64,000 bases of DNA. Origin: an uncultured Desulfospira sp. (GTDB lineage: Bacteria; Desulfobacterota; Desulfobacteria; Desulfobacterales; Desulfobacteraceae). Both the position numbers and the translations under genes were made by a program. Below the pieces are notes generated by a model. It did not search any database. It was given only the letters and a program-made list of their open reading frames with translations, and was not told the DNA's origin. Where the stretch lies: contig OY760175.1 of the NCBI GenBank assembly GCA_963663165.1, forward strand, positions 1,376,001 through 1,440,000, given 5' to 3'. Shown here in pieces: positions 29,214 to 40,676 of the stretch; positions within the stretch are counted from its first letter, which is position 1; each line of letters opens with the position of its first letter.

Positions 29214-32201
29214 TTAATTAAAATCCCTGCTACGGGCTTTCAACAATGGCTGAAAACCATTACATTCCGGCACACATGAGCTAACATTTGGCGCTGGGGA
29301 AGCATGGCCTGAATCCGGAATCTGTGTGATATCAAACTTTGGTAAAGATATCTCAACAATGGATCTTTTATAAAGGGGGGAATATTTGGAAATGGACTCC
29401 CCAAGGATACATCTCATCTTCCATAAATCTATTGGGCCAATGGCATTAAACCGGATTGTTCCGGCGTCGGAAAATGAATTTTTAACCACAGTACTTTCTG
29501 CCTCAAGAATATCCATAAGCCACATCCTGATGCAATCCTGGGGAATATTAAAAATCATTTTCAAGATTGACAAATACTCCACATCCTGCTGCCCCCTGCG
29601 AAACGCCTTCAATCTGACAGACGGAATTGGACCATTTTCATCCGGGTAGAATAAGGAAGTTGCTTTCCCCTGAATCCATGTATTTTCATCCCCAATGGTC
29701 TGCCAGGGCAATACCCCGGTTGCTCCGTTGGACCACGCAAAAAGGCTCCATAGAACCGGCTGCAAGTTAGAATCATTAATGGCATTCGCGGTCCCATATT
29801 CAGCAAAATAAGATTTATAATACAGGGACTCATCTTTTTTCATTCTCAATTTCTGAGCATTATTCCCGCCAATATATTCTATATCAACAACGCCTTTGAG
29901 CAGGTCCCGTTCATACTGGCTATAGGAAATATCTCCCCGATACCAGACTTTTGCATCCCCTTTCACAGGCTCAACCGCGGATTTCCACAACAGCCCGAAC
30001 CAGCGAAGCGCCCAGAAGTCCTGGGTATTCATGGGCTCATCAAACAGCCATGGCGCAGAACTCTTATTATCTTTTTTCCGGTAATATATTTTATTGTTAA
30101 GGTAAAATTGGAAATTGGTATTAAACCATTTTTTTTCATTAAGATGAGAGACAAAAAGGGCAAAGGCGGTTTGCAGTTTCTCTGAATATTCCGGTTCAAA
30201 TGCCTCATCTGCCCAATAAGAAGGCCGATAATATTGAAACAGATTTACAGGCCAGTTTTCATTAAAGGGAAGATACATGACATCAACCGGTTCTCCCTTC
30301 CTGGGCAAGTCGTTAAACGCTGAACCGTCCAACAGAGGGGCTGCCATCTCGTCCCAGTGACGCCATTCAAACCGGTCTCCTTTCCACAAAGGAGCAAACG
30401 AAGGGATGCCGTCCCATCCATAGGGTAGCCTGTTTAGGCAGGTACGGTGTTCATGGGCCAAACGATAATATTCATATCCTTTGAAAGGCAAAAAGGTGTC
30501 ATACGTATTCATCTCAGGAACAAATGAAAGTTTGTTTGGAAGGGTAAAGTCCCACACCGTCAAATCGACATCCAGCGCCAGGATATTATTTTCCGATCGA
30601 ACGACAACCATACCCTTTTTTAAGCCTGGTGCTATATCATGTGGGATATAGACTTCCAGTATTAAAGAATGGTTCATCTGCCCCTCTACTCTTGTTTTAC
30701 CGGCTGTTGATGGAATGGAAAAACTCCCCGATGAAGGGATCAGAGGATCCGGGAGTACAGCAAATTTATTGTCTTTATGGTCGATTGTTTTTACATACCC
30801 AAACTCGTATAGCCGTGTGTTTAAATTTGCCTTATCCTTGAATTCGTATGTAACGGATATATTATCACTGTCCCCCTCAACATTGAGCTGAAAGGAGACA
30901 TGTTCATTTTTTGCGCCATAAAGCCGGACCCTTTTTTGTTTCCCGGAAAAAATATGATTTCCACTTTTATAGCCCTTGACTTGAACCGGTATCATCCGGC
31001 CTGATACAGGATCAATTTTATCCAGCACATCAACAACACAAACCTTAAGATTCCCAAGAGCCGGAAGAACCGTATTGGGGGAAAAGGTCTGAACAGCTAC
31101 AGCAGGAAGGCTTATTGGTTTTGGCCCTGATGACAGTTTGATCTTTTGCCTAAAAGGCTTGCTTATATTCCCTGCACCGTCAACGGAACGAATCTGCAAC
31201 GCTATGGTTTGACCGGGAGCAAAGGGCAAATCCTGAATATGCATTTTAACAGGCGCGCCATACTCTTTTGCCATGGGAATTAAATATCTTGGAACTTCTT
31301 TTTTGCCCCCTTCATGCAAATAGTTTACAAAAAAACCGATAGTGCTACTACCGCCGGCATCCCTGGGAGTATTCCAGGAAACCACTGCTTCACCGGCAGG
31401 GAGGCCATTTGTTTCGGTCCTTAACGCCGATACAGGTTCGGGCGGTTCGAAATCTTCGCCATCTGTCCAAATTTCAATCCAGGGGGCATTTTTTTTCTTC
31501 TCTTTGCTGTAGCAAAAGCGGTTAGGAAAATATGAGTATTTAAACTCTCCATTTTTCAATGACCAGATATTCCCAACCTCGTCAAACACACAAAACCCAT
31601 GACTGATTCCGGCAACCCTGGCAGAGACTACCTTTGGGTCAACGGCACAGGTCTGCCAGCCGGAGAAATCAGGCAAGGAGCTTTCCGCAAACCTCCATAT
31701 TGTATTCCCCCGGCCAAAAACAGCATCCAGTATTGTGCTTCCAGGGTATGCCCAATCTTTTTCCAAATATTTTGCCTGAATAAAACAAGAACTTCCTTGT
31801 TGGGGATGATATTTTTTCGAAGTTCCTTCGCCCCATTCACCGGCCAGACTTGAAACCCCCAACCGGGAGAAAGGCAACCCACCAGACGACAAAGACCTAA
31901 AGTGAAGCAACGCTCCGGTTATGATCTTTCCTTTTAGCGGCACAGCATCAATATCTATAAGAATAAACTCCTGCTGCCCCTTCAGCTTTAGCTTTCCTGC
32001 CCCTCCGTTATTGCTGTTTCGTTCTCCTTTTGCGCCGGAGACCCATGTATCCCTTGTAACTTTATACTGTTCACTTTTGCCTTCGGGCGGCCAGAAACGC
32101 TCCTTTCTCAAATTTTCAGCAAAAGAAATAGATTGTGTCAAAAATAAAAAAAGCCCACACAGGGCTAAAAATAAAAACAATTTGTTTCGGTAAACAACCA
32201 T
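29214..32201 (-). CDS. Secreted protein with a DUF4091/glycoside hydrolase-like C-terminal region
   Basis: Signal peptide; VWDFTLP, DEP, PSVRLKAFRRGQQDVEYL motifs. Confidence 0.7.
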   Translation of the reverse strand: MVVYRNKLFLFLALCGLFLFLTQSISFAENLRKERFWPPEGKSEQYKVTRDTWVSGAKGERNSNNGGAGKLKLKGQQEFILIDIDAVPLKGKIITGALLHFRSLSSGGLPFSRLGVSSLAGEWGEGTSKKYHPQQGSSCFIQAKYLEKDWAYPGSTILDAVFGRGNTIWRFAESSLPDFSGWQTCAVDPKVVSARVAGISHGFCVFDEVGNIWSLKNGEFKYSYFPNRFCYSKEKKKNAPWIEIWTDGEDFEPPEPVSALRTETNGLPAGEAVVSWNTPRDAGGSSTIGFFVNYLHEGGKKEVPRYLIPMAKEYGAPVKMHIQDLPFAPGQTIALQIRSVDGAGNISKPFRQKIKLSSGPKPISLPAVAVQTFSPNTVLPALGNLKVCVVDVLDKIDPVSGRMIPVQVKGYKSGNHIFSGKQKRVRLYGAKNEHVSFQLNVEGDSDNISVTYEFKDKANLNTRLYEFGYVKTIDHKDNKFAVLPDPLIPSSGSFSIPSTAGKTRVEGQMNHSLILEVYIPHDIAPGLKKGMVVVRSENNILALDVDLTVWDFTLPNKLSFVPEMNTYDTFLPFKGYEYYRLAHEHRTCLNRLPYGWDGIPSFAPLWKGDRFEWRHWDEMAAPLLDGSAFNDLPRKGEPVDVMYLPFNENWPVNLFQYYRPSYWADEAFEPEYSEKLQTAFALFVSHLNEKKWFNTNFQFYLNNKIYYRKKDNKSSAPWLFDEPMNTQDFWALRWFGLLWKSAVEPVKGDAKVWYRGDISYSQYERDLLKGVVDIEYIGGNNAQKLRMKKDESLYYKSYFAEYGTANAINDSNLQPVLWSLFAWSNGATGVLPWQTIGDENTWIQGKATSLFYPDENGPIPSVRLKAFRRGQQDVEYLSILKMIFNIPQDCIRMWLMDILEAESTVVKNSFSDAGTIRFNAIGPIDLWKMRCILGESISKYSPLYKRSIVEISLPKFDITQIPDSGHASPAPNVSSCVPECNGFQPLLKARSRDFN

Positions 32202-32219
32202 GACCCTATTATAAATTGA

Positions 32220-33749
32220 CTATTTTACCTTGTCAGCCCCCGAAGAAGAACCATTTGCAGGGCCAATATATTTTCGTGCGATGACCACGTTATCAATGTA
32301 CATATGCTGATCATATGGAGAAACGGCTTTCCCGCCATGATATAATGAAAGAACAACCTCCTCAATTCTTAGATCGAAGGTCTTCCGAAACAATATATCA
32401 TTCTTCTCAAATACTTGGTATCCATCTACCCAAGCCTTTAAAATCCCGTTTTTAATTCCAGGAGAGTTCAGTTGCACATATTGCTCAATACAATACCACC
32501 TGTTTGTAACCGGAAACCCTGATTCTCCAGGAGACCAAACCCAATCACCCCCATATTGCTCCGGCTGGTCTGCATAATAACAATAAGAACCTATAGGGGT
32601 CATCCCGAATAACGGATTGCTCTTTTCCTGAACCGTTGGTAAAAATAGTCCCCTGGCAGACCACCCGTCATAACCATTCGGTTTTCTCCCCCCCCAACCG
32701 GCTCTATTATATGTACCCAAAAAACCTGAAAGTTTTCCTACTGAAACGGTCTGATTCCAATCATCTCCCAACCGAAGATAATACCTGAAAAATACTTTTC
32801 CCGGCTCACTACCCATTTTTTCCATGAACTTGAATCTTAACCCACCTCCTAAATTTTTTCCTTTTTCTAACCAGATACTCAAAGCCTTTCCTGAAAATGG
32901 AACAAACTTTCGCGTCGTATCAGACTCCACAATCCTCACAAAATGTTCGGCTGTAGACCATTCTTCTATAGCCTTTTTCTTTTCAAAATCAGAAAAGAAT
33001 ATTACGTCTTTATGACTTTCTATCCCTTTGTCATTCACGTAGTTTTTTGCTATTCCGTTTTGTTCCTTTTTTAATTTAGTTTCACCGGGTCCGCATAGGA
33101 AAGCACCAACCAAAATATGTGACCCAGATTGAGCAAATGAGGTCATTTTTAAATATGCACTTTTTATCGTTTGACCTGATAAACCGTTGAGTGGAAAGCG
33201 AATTAAAATATTTTTCCCATCAGGCCCGGAGCCTACGACTAAGGTCTTGCTCCTACCACCAACGCTCTTATAAGTTGATTTGTCCAGGTAGGTATCCGCC
33301 TCCGGTTCGATTGTTATTTTTTCGCCGTTATCCAAAGTGATATTTAGAAACGGCCTTTGATTGCTATATTCGCTACACTCGCGACTTCTAAAACTATAAT
33401 CGCCATTCCCTGCTATTGCGTGTAAAAATATTCCATTGTTCTGAACTGTTCCCTGTAACCACTGTTTTACAAGATCTGTAATGTCCCATTCAACATTTTG
33501 TATCGAATCCGTGTCTTTTATATATGCTTGAGAATAAGGAGACAGTCCCTGGGGAAGTCCTTCTGCATCAATCCAATCACCCTGAAAATGCTTCCATTTC
33601 AAGTGGGCAGCTTGGTTATAATAGTCTCTGCTGGCACCGTCTTTTTGAGCTGCCCCCCCCTCCACCCAGAGGCAGTAATTCCCAAATGCTAATTTACAAA
33701 AATAAAAGAAGGATAAAAAAGTAACAAGTATAATCGAATTCAATCTCAT
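32220..33749 (-). CDS. Secreted DNRLRE-like domain + polysaccharide lyase-like domain protein
   Basis: True start MRLNSII (signal peptide) at 33749; WDITDLVKQW...NNG; FRYYLRL...GKLSG, RWYCIEQYVQLN, DNVVIA. Confidence 0.75.
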   Translation of the reverse strand: MRLNSIILVTFLSFFYFCKLAFGNYCLWVEGGAAQKDGASRDYYNQAAHLKWKHFQGDWIDAEGLPQGLSPYSQAYIKDTDSIQNVEWDITDLVKQWLQGTVQNNGIFLHAIAGNGDYSFRSRECSEYSNQRPFLNITLDNGEKITIEPEADTYLDKSTYKSVGGRSKTLVVGSGPDGKNILIRFPLNGLSGQTIKSAYLKMTSFAQSGSHILVGAFLCGPGETKLKKEQNGIAKNYVNDKGIESHKDVIFFSDFEKKKAIEEWSTAEHFVRIVESDTTRKFVPFSGKALSIWLEKGKNLGGGLRFKFMEKMGSEPGKVFFRYYLRLGDDWNQTVSVGKLSGFLGTYNRAGWGGRKPNGYDGWSARGLFLPTVQEKSNPLFGMTPIGSYCYYADQPEQYGGDWVWSPGESGFPVTNRWYCIEQYVQLNSPGIKNGILKAWVDGYQVFEKNDILFRKTFDLRIEEVVLSLYHGGKAVSPYDQHMYIDNVVIARKYIGPANGSSSGADKVK

Positions 33750-33769
33750 TTCCACACCATATAATATCG

Positions 33770-34459
33770 TTGATCGATATCTTCTTTTTTTTTTAAAATG
33801 CATAATAATTGAGGGGGCCATTGAATTAAAACTTTTGATTATCCTTTTTCTTAAAAAATATACAATTGGTGAATAATGGGGCCTTGGCGGTTGAACTGTA
33901 AAAATTAACTTCACAGGTTTCAGATTGAATCTATCACAAAGCGTTGATAGCGTTTTAGGAGAAAAATAAAAGGTATGGTCCTTATGAACCAACTCTTCTT
34001 TACCCAAAAACCAAGTTTTTAAGTTATTAAAGTTGAGAGCGCCTGGCACGCCGATGATTATTTCTCCGCCTGGTAAAAGAAACGATTTTGCCTCTCAATA
34101 AACAAGCCAGGATAATTGAGAGGCTCAATAACATCACCTGCCAAAACAACTTCAACTTTTTTATTCAGTTCCATCTTTTCAGCATCCATGACAAAAACAT
34201 TATCGAATCCGTTTTCTTTTAGAGTTTGAATCCCCTCCCTGGACAAATCAATTCCGATAATTTCCTTGGCACTTTGCTGGAGATTTAAGTGAAATAGATT
34301 TCCTTCAGTAATTCGTTGTTGTGTTATTGAAAAATCTGAACATCCCACATGCAACAGCACCTTGTTATTAACCTGTGAACAAGAATACTTGTTTCTATCA
34401 AATTCAAGATGACATTTTTCCCCAGAATCATAAATCTATGAAGGTTTATAAATTGACAT
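33770..34459 (-). pseudogene. Class I SAM-dependent methyltransferase pseudogene
   Basis: VLLHVGC, GIDLS, AGDVIE, LLPGGEIIIGVP motifs spread over two frames; TAG at codon 8; frameshift near 34090. Confidence 0.8.
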
Positions 34460-34478
34460 ATCAACACCGTTGCTAAAT

Positions 34479-35654
34479 TTATTTATTATTTAAAATTTGT
34501 TGAAAAAGCAACTCAAGCTTTTCCGAAGCGTCTAAAGCATCAAAGCGCTTTTTTGCGATGGGGATAAATGACTTAAACGTCTGGTTATATTTATTTTGGT
34601 TTTGGCAATAGCTTTTTACTGAATTTACCATCTGTCCAATATCTCCTGTTTCAACCATAATAGCAGGAGTGTCTCTTAAGACCTCTCTTAATCCTATACA
34701 ATTATAGGCGATGACAGGTGTTCCTGCGATTAAAGATTCTGCCGGCAATAATGGACACGCTTCCCAATAGGAAGGAACTATCAGCAAATCAATACCTTTA
34801 AGTATTCCATAAATATTGGGCTGAAAATCCATATGCTTAAAATAATTATTTATTTTATTGTCATTAATAGCGCTTGTAAATTTACCAAAGAAGCGCCCAC
34901 TTCCAACAGTAAGCACCTGTATTTCGTCTTCTTTAATCCCATCCGAACGTAACTCTTTGATTAACTCAATCAGATCCTGAAAGCCTTTTCTTGGCATAAA
35001 CCTTCCCATAAACGATAGTAAAACAACATTCTGAGCAACACCCAACTGAGCCCTTAATTCAGGGAAACTATTTCTTTGTGTAAAATTATTGATATCTATG
35101 CCATTTTTTATCACAGCTATACTTTTTTCAATAGAAGCCAATCCAGGTAGATACTCCAATAAATTCTCTTTGGCATCCTCACTAACCATGTTTATAACAT
35201 CAATTTTTTTCAGCATTACAGTCATAAAGAATCTTTTAACAGGCCCGAATGCTCCAGAAAAGTCCTCCTCCCCCTCATATCCCAAAATGCTGTGAGAAGT
35301 CATTATATGCGGTTTGCCGGATATTAAATTGACGACTGATGTAATAATCCCGGCTGTAAAACCATGCGTGTGCAACAGGCTTATCTGTGAACGTAATAAG
35401 CACAAAATTAAATTTTTAACCATTGAAAGCGAAGTGTATTTTGATGAACACTTGATGATATTAACTTCAAAAGCACTTAAATCTGAACGTAATACCTCTA
35501 TTTCGTCGGTAGGTGCGGTTAAAATGGTAAATGAATATCTATCTGGGTCTAAATTCCCGTACATAAACTTCAAGTAGGTTCTTATTCCCCCGACTAACCA
35601 TCGAGCCACACAAAGAACATGAATTTTTCCTGATCTATCTTTATTAATCGTCAT
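34479..35654 (-). CDS. Glycosyltransferase family 4
   Basis: GGI, HTHG, IKNGID, MGRF..RKG, PSYWEACP..PAES. Confidence 0.9.
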   Translation of the reverse strand: MTINKDRSGKIHVLCVARWLVGGIRTYLKFMYGNLDPDRYSFTILTAPTDEIEVLRSDLSAFEVNIIKCSSKYTSLSMVKNLILCLLRSQISLLHTHGFTAGIITSVVNLISGKPHIMTSHSILGYEGEEDFSGAFGPVKRFFMTVMLKKIDVINMVSEDAKENLLEYLPGLASIEKSIAVIKNGIDINNFTQRNSFPELRAQLGVAQNVVLLSFMGRFMPRKGFQDLIELIKELRSDGIKEDEIQVLTVGSGRFFGKFTSAINDNKINNYFKHMDFQPNIYGILKGIDLLIVPSYWEACPLLPAESLIAGTPVIAYNCIGLREVLRDTPAIMVETGDIGQMVNSVKSYCQNQNKYNQTFKSFIPIAKKRFDALDASEKLELLFQQILNNK

Positions 35655-35700
35655 CGCTATTCCACCGGACTTAATGAGAAGTTAAACTAAATATTTTCTG

Positions 35701-36981
35701 CTATGATGATTTTATAATTTTTAACACGGTCAAAAGATTTTTTTTTCGAAAAACATAAGTTCGCATAAACGTGAATAAAAGAGAGAGAAAGGGTTTTGGA
35801 TCATCCCAAGCCAGATAAGCATACTCTCTTCTTCCTTTCACAGATCGTATAACCTCACCCAAAGATACTTTTTTTTTCATCAAGTACCCATCAAAAGAAA
35901 AAACAGCTAATATCTCCCTAATAATATCAACCCAGATTACTTTTATTTTTGGGGGCTTGATCCATTTAATTTTCTCACCTAAAATTTCTTTATATGCCAT
36001 ATATTCCATATTCATTCCGCAACGTGCTGACAGTCGGTTCTGTGTTGTGGACCTTGCATTAATCTCGACAAGTTTCAGCTTTCCGTCACTGTGATCTCTT
36101 TGAATTTCCGCTTCTGCAAACCCGGTATAACCGATTGATTTAAGGCATTGCACCGCCAAATCCACGGCACCCGGTTCCCACACCGTAAAACAGGAACTGG
36201 CATTCCCGAAGTCAATTGGCTGGATCCGAAGTTTTTGATAACAACATGCAGCTTTTAGATTTGAATCCCGGTCAAAATACATATTAACGAGATACCGTTC
36301 CGTCCCTATGAGCTCTTTTTGAACAATAATATCGTCTTCTTCGCAGGACACTTTCCGGTACACTTCAACAAGTTCTTCTGCTGAGCTGGCTTTAAGGCAT
36401 TTGTTGCCAAACTTAGCCACAAACGATGTAGACTGAACTGGCTTTAAAATGCAGGGATAGTCGAGTTTCTGACTGATTTTCCTGACTTCGGCCATGTTCT
36501 CCGGGACATCGGTTTTTGCATGGGGGATACCAAACTTGCGGAGGGTATCATAAAATCGAATTTTATCTACCAGGATCTCAACAACCTTGATAGGGGCCAT
36601 TGGAAGGTGAAAATACGCCTCAAGTTTTTTCCTGTGGCGAAGAACACACATGAGCTGGAGATCCCCGGATACAAACATTACCGGTTTTAATTTACACTCC
36701 CTGCCTACAGCCGCCAGAAAAGATATAAATTGTTCTTCAAAATCTTTATAATCAGGGCAAATCATTCTTTTTGCATATCGTGACAGAAAGGTAATATTTT
36801 GCCGTTTACTGTCTATGGATAGAACAGGAACATTTTCTCTGCCCAGATTAAGAACAATACCATAGCCATTGGAATCCCCGGAGTTTAAAACAACGGCACC
36901 GGATCTGTTCCTTTTACAGGCCAAGTGATTAAAAGAGGAGAGGGTTTTCAAATCATTCATATTGAACACGTTGGTTTTCAT
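35701..36981 (-). CDS. ATP-grasp carboxylate-amine ligase (D-aspartate ligase-like)
   Basis: LVDKIRFY, YPCILKP, IIVQKELIG, EAEIQRD, LVEINAR. Confidence 0.82.
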   Translation of the reverse strand: MKTNVFNMNDLKTLSSFNHLACKRNRSGAVVLNSGDSNGYGIVLNLGRENVPVLSIDSKRQNITFLSRYAKRMICPDYKDFEEQFISFLAAVGRECKLKPVMFVSGDLQLMCVLRHRKKLEAYFHLPMAPIKVVEILVDKIRFYDTLRKFGIPHAKTDVPENMAEVRKISQKLDYPCILKPVQSTSFVAKFGNKCLKASSAEELVEVYRKVSCEEDDIIVQKELIGTERYLVNMYFDRDSNLKAACCYQKLRIQPIDFGNASSCFTVWEPGAVDLAVQCLKSIGYTGFAEAEIQRDHSDGKLKLVEINARSTTQNRLSARCGMNMEYMAYKEILGEKIKWIKPPKIKVIWVDIIREILAVFSFDGYLMKKKVSLGEVIRSVKGRREYAYLAWDDPKPFLSLLFTFMRTYVFRKKNLLTVLKIIKSS

Positions 36982-37109
36982 TAAGGCGCCCTATCAAAAG
37001 TATAATTATCAGCAAGCTGTTTTATTCTAAAGCATCGGTGATTCGCAATAATTTTTTCATGCTTTGTTGTGGATCGTTTTTAATTTATAATCCTGGTAGG
37101 TTGTGGTCG

Positions 37110-38027
37110 TTATTTAATTGGTATGATCGCAACAAACCTTGCAATACTGTAAATGGTAAATAAAAAAAATATGGGAAAAATTTTAAATGAGATCCCTATG
37201 CGTTTAATAACTTTAAGGGTCTGAAGTATTGGCGGCAAAAAAAATAACGATAAAGACAAGATCATTATTTTAAAGGAGAATAGTCCCGTTCCGATCAAAA
37301 ACAATATGATGCTTGCTCCGGTTACTAAAGGAAAAGCCAGGCTGGGAATCTCCTGGAGTTTTAACCCATGATTGAAAAGCCCTTTGAAATTATCAGCACC
37401 ATGCCATTTTTCTTTATTGAAAAACTCTTTTATTGTTTTGGGTTCTCTTAAATGAAAAATTTTTACATCAGGGTCATTAACCATTTTCCATGACCGTGAA
37501 ATTCGATATCCGATATCCGCATCTTCACAGGTTATAAGAGCAGGATCAAACCCGTTTACCTGATCAAAAGCCTCCTTTTTTACGATAAAGTTGCTTGACG
37601 AAAGCCAGTTGGTATACCCTTTTTGGGGAATCTGCTTCATCAATGACCATGTCTTCTCAACCCATGAGGTATCTGTTTCAGGAATTTCCGGTTTTGATCC
37701 TACAGCCGCTACCGTTTTATCCTTCAACACTTTTACAGCATTGATAAGCCAATCCTTATCCGGAACACAGTCTGCATCAATAAAAGCAAAAATCTCACCA
37801 TTGGCTGCTTGTGCTCCTTTGTTGCGTAATTCACCTATGTTACCCTGTTTAACCTCAAGAACAACAGAACCCTTTTGCTGGGCAATGTTTTTTGTTTGGT
37901 CAATAGAATCATTGTCGACAACAATAACTTCAATTTGAGACTGATCATAATTCAAGGAGTAAATACCATCCAAGCATTGTCGAATGTAATCTTCTTCGTT
38001 TTTAGCAGGTATAATAATTGATAGCAT
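37110..38027 (-). CDS. Glycosyltransferase family 2
   Basis: SIIIPAKNEE, VVDNDS, RNKGA, FIDADC, CEDAD. Confidence 0.92.
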   Translation of the reverse strand: MLSIIIPAKNEEDYIRQCLDGIYSLNYDQSQIEVIVVDNDSIDQTKNIAQQKGSVVLEVKQGNIGELRNKGAQAANGEIFAFIDADCVPDKDWLINAVKVLKDKTVAAVGSKPEIPETDTSWVEKTWSLMKQIPQKGYTNWLSSSNFIVKKEAFDQVNGFDPALITCEDADIGYRISRSWKMVNDPDVKIFHLREPKTIKEFFNKEKWHGADNFKGLFNHGLKLQEIPSLAFPLVTGASIILFLIGTGLFSFKIMILSLSLFFLPPILQTLKVIKRIGISFKIFPIFFLFTIYSIARFVAIIPIK

Positions 38028-38670
38028 AAGGATGTATCTCTATCCAATATATATGTTGGCTACTTTTTTGAGTAAAGACCAGACTGTAACCCGGCAACCT
38101 TGTGACACAATTTTACAATTAAAGCCGAAAGCATTGTAAAGAAGGGGGACAGCGCACATGTAATTATCAAAACAACACAGAGCTTTATTACCCCGTATAG
38201 TATTGTTTTTTTATCCGGCTCAACTAATCCAAAAACCACTTCGGATAAATAAATACCAAATGTATGCAATAAAAAAATGGAAAACACATGCTTATGAAAA
38301 AAATTGAACCCCTTCTGAACATAAATATTTTTTTGTATCAGCCGTACAATCTCATTTTTAAAAATCAGGAGAAGCCCTATCATGGAAAAACTTCCGGAAA
38401 CAAAATACAAATCCGGTGGTAAATTGTGGAACCCAAAATCAAAGTTTAATTGCAGGCCATATACCAAGGCAACAGCAAATAAAATGCAAATAACGAACAA
38501 TTGTATACCAAAACGTCTAAGGTTTTGGATATTGTTCTGATCGAACAGAACAAAGCCCGAAATATAGAAACTGCTGAAAACAACCGGCTTATACATATCA
38601 TTGCCGATTATTGTAAAAACGGACCGTGCATCACAAAAAAGTCCAATTGAACTGAAAGCAACAAAGCTTA

Positions 38671-40051
38671 GGGATGTGGTAAAATTAAAACCCACAATTC
38701 ATTCCTCATAGCATGGAATATCAACAGCCCATTTTTCAATCCCTGGAATCCGAATAATTTTGTTTTCTATATTATTCACGGCGGACTTGACCAAACGTAC
38801 CCCTGTCGGGTAAACACCTTTGATTAATTTGACGACAGGATTTTCTCCTTTCCATGTCATTGTTCGACATAGACCGAGAACCTTTTCAATTTTGTTCAGC
38901 AATTCGCCTTTCCAATGATTTTCCAAAACACCCCAAACTCGCTCTATTGGGTTGTATTTACTGTGGTACGGGGGATAGTACACCAAACTAATATTTACAA
39001 ATGCTGATTTGGCAAAGTCCACGAGGCGACTAATGAATTGGCTCCTTCGGCTACTATTTTCCGGCCCATTATCAAGATTGATCACCAGTGTATGTGGGGC
39101 GAATCTTGCGTTCAAAGAAGGCCAGAGTGATTCCAGCGCATCAATCATGAAATCAGAGGTGATGTTGCTTTCAGTGAAGTACATATAATTTTCATCCAGA
39201 GCAGGTATGTTGATACCGAAAAGTTTCAAAAGGGAATCGGGTTTAAAATCATGGTCCGCCGCTTTAAGATTGCAACGACTATATCCGCCTCGGGAATAAG
39301 GCCCTATTTTAATAGTGGCTTTTGCGTCCATTGAGATACGTAAAACGCCATCTGTTTCATCGGCTAGTTGGTTTGTCCTATGCACATATTCAAAAATGAT
39401 GTCTGTTTCAGGAATTTTTTTTTTACCTTGGCTTTGGCGACCTTCTTCAGTTTAAAACCCAATTTATTCATTATGGTGGATAGAGTCCGTACTGTTGGCA
39501 TATTCTCAGGGTCATATCCCATGTCGTCAACTAATCGACGGAATACTTCATTCGCAGATATTGGGGAATATAAATTCTGGGTACGGAATGTAGGATCAGT
39601 CTGACATATAGGGTTTACAATACGAGTTATGTCCTCTTTTAAATTCGGAAAATGTTCTAAACACGATTTCCGGCCTCGTCCGGAAAAATTATCAACACAG
39701 GTAACTCCGCTTTCTATTTCCCGTCGCCCTTTGATTATTGTTTTCCGATCCCAACCCAGTTCTCTTTCAGCCTTTAGTTGTCCGCCGTGCCCCATAAGGG
39801 AGACAACGCGTGCCATGAATTGGCGCCGTTCATGGCCTTTTAATTTGCTTCGAGTGGTATTCAGAAAATCCTTTAGTGGTGGCGTTAATTCCGATATAGT
39901 TTTGGGTAAATTGTGCTTAGAATGATCAAACATGGTCCTCCTGTATTTTTTATGTAATCTTCCATGTTGACCATAAACTATCGATTCCATGTTGTCTATA
40001 GAAATCAGAATTCAGACTATGGAATTGTGGATATTAATTTTTCTGAGGCCC
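38671..40051 (-). mobile_element. ISAzo13-family insertion sequence, copy 2
   Basis: Same ends as copy 1; TTA target duplication; A10 at the frameshift run. Confidence 0.92.
38699..39933 (-). CDS. ISAzo13-family transposase, two frames joined at an A10 run
   Basis: Same protein as copy 1 apart from the length of the A run. Confidence 0.88.
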
Positions 40052-40676
40052 TTATCATTACAAGCAGTAATAAATATTTATTTCCTTTATAAAGCCTGAA
40101 ATACAGTGGAGAAAACAAAAAGATAATAAATAAGGTGTTTAGGAACCATACCTGGCCAATTGGGAACGGCATTTGAGTCGGGCGTATCTGGAGCCAACAT
40201 AGAATATTTCCAAAATTTGGGGACGGCAGATGCCCCTGGGTTATTATGAACACGATCAAAGAAAGAATGCATAACAGATAATAGGGAACCATTAAATTAA
40301 TCCCAAAACAAGCGTGAGATAAGTAATAAAAATGAGATAAAATCCTCGAAACGCCTATCAATAAAAGGTATAATAAGTTTACCACAACGAAATATACCAA
40401 ATTGAAAGGACGTTTCGAGTGAATAAAAATATCAACAAAAATTTGGCAAAACGCAAGAAAAAAATAAGCAAAAAGCTCAACAAAAGAGATTGGGATGAAC
40501 AGCCAGCCCCCATGTTTAAAGCATCCAACATTCAATACGAGATTGACGGTCGCCTCCAAGGGGTTGCTCCCGGCGGCATAGGGTTAATTCATATGCTTGC
40601 CAAAAAGACCGGCCTTCTGAAAGAAATTGATAAGGAGCTCGAACTGCTTAAACGCCATTTGCCCTATCATGAATCA

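Noticed and set aside
32220..34049. 609-aa ORF as a real fusion protein
   Set aside because: The first 100 codons are the tail of the methyltransferase pseudogene; a signal peptide starts at 33749.
34436..34438. In-frame TAG as pyrrolysine
   Set aside because: The same gene also has a frameshift and a lost stop, so decay is the simpler explanation.
23568..40051. Composite transposon formed by ISAzo13 copies 1 and 2
   Set aside because: Each copy has its own target duplication, and copy 2 splits a gene continuous with its flanks, indicating independent insertions.
40017..40559. 180-aa membrane-protein ORF, and the N-termini of ORFs 38060-38695, 41993-43303 and 43506-43703
   Set aside because: These are chimeras of IS-end sequence with fragments of the interrupted acyltransferase or transposase.
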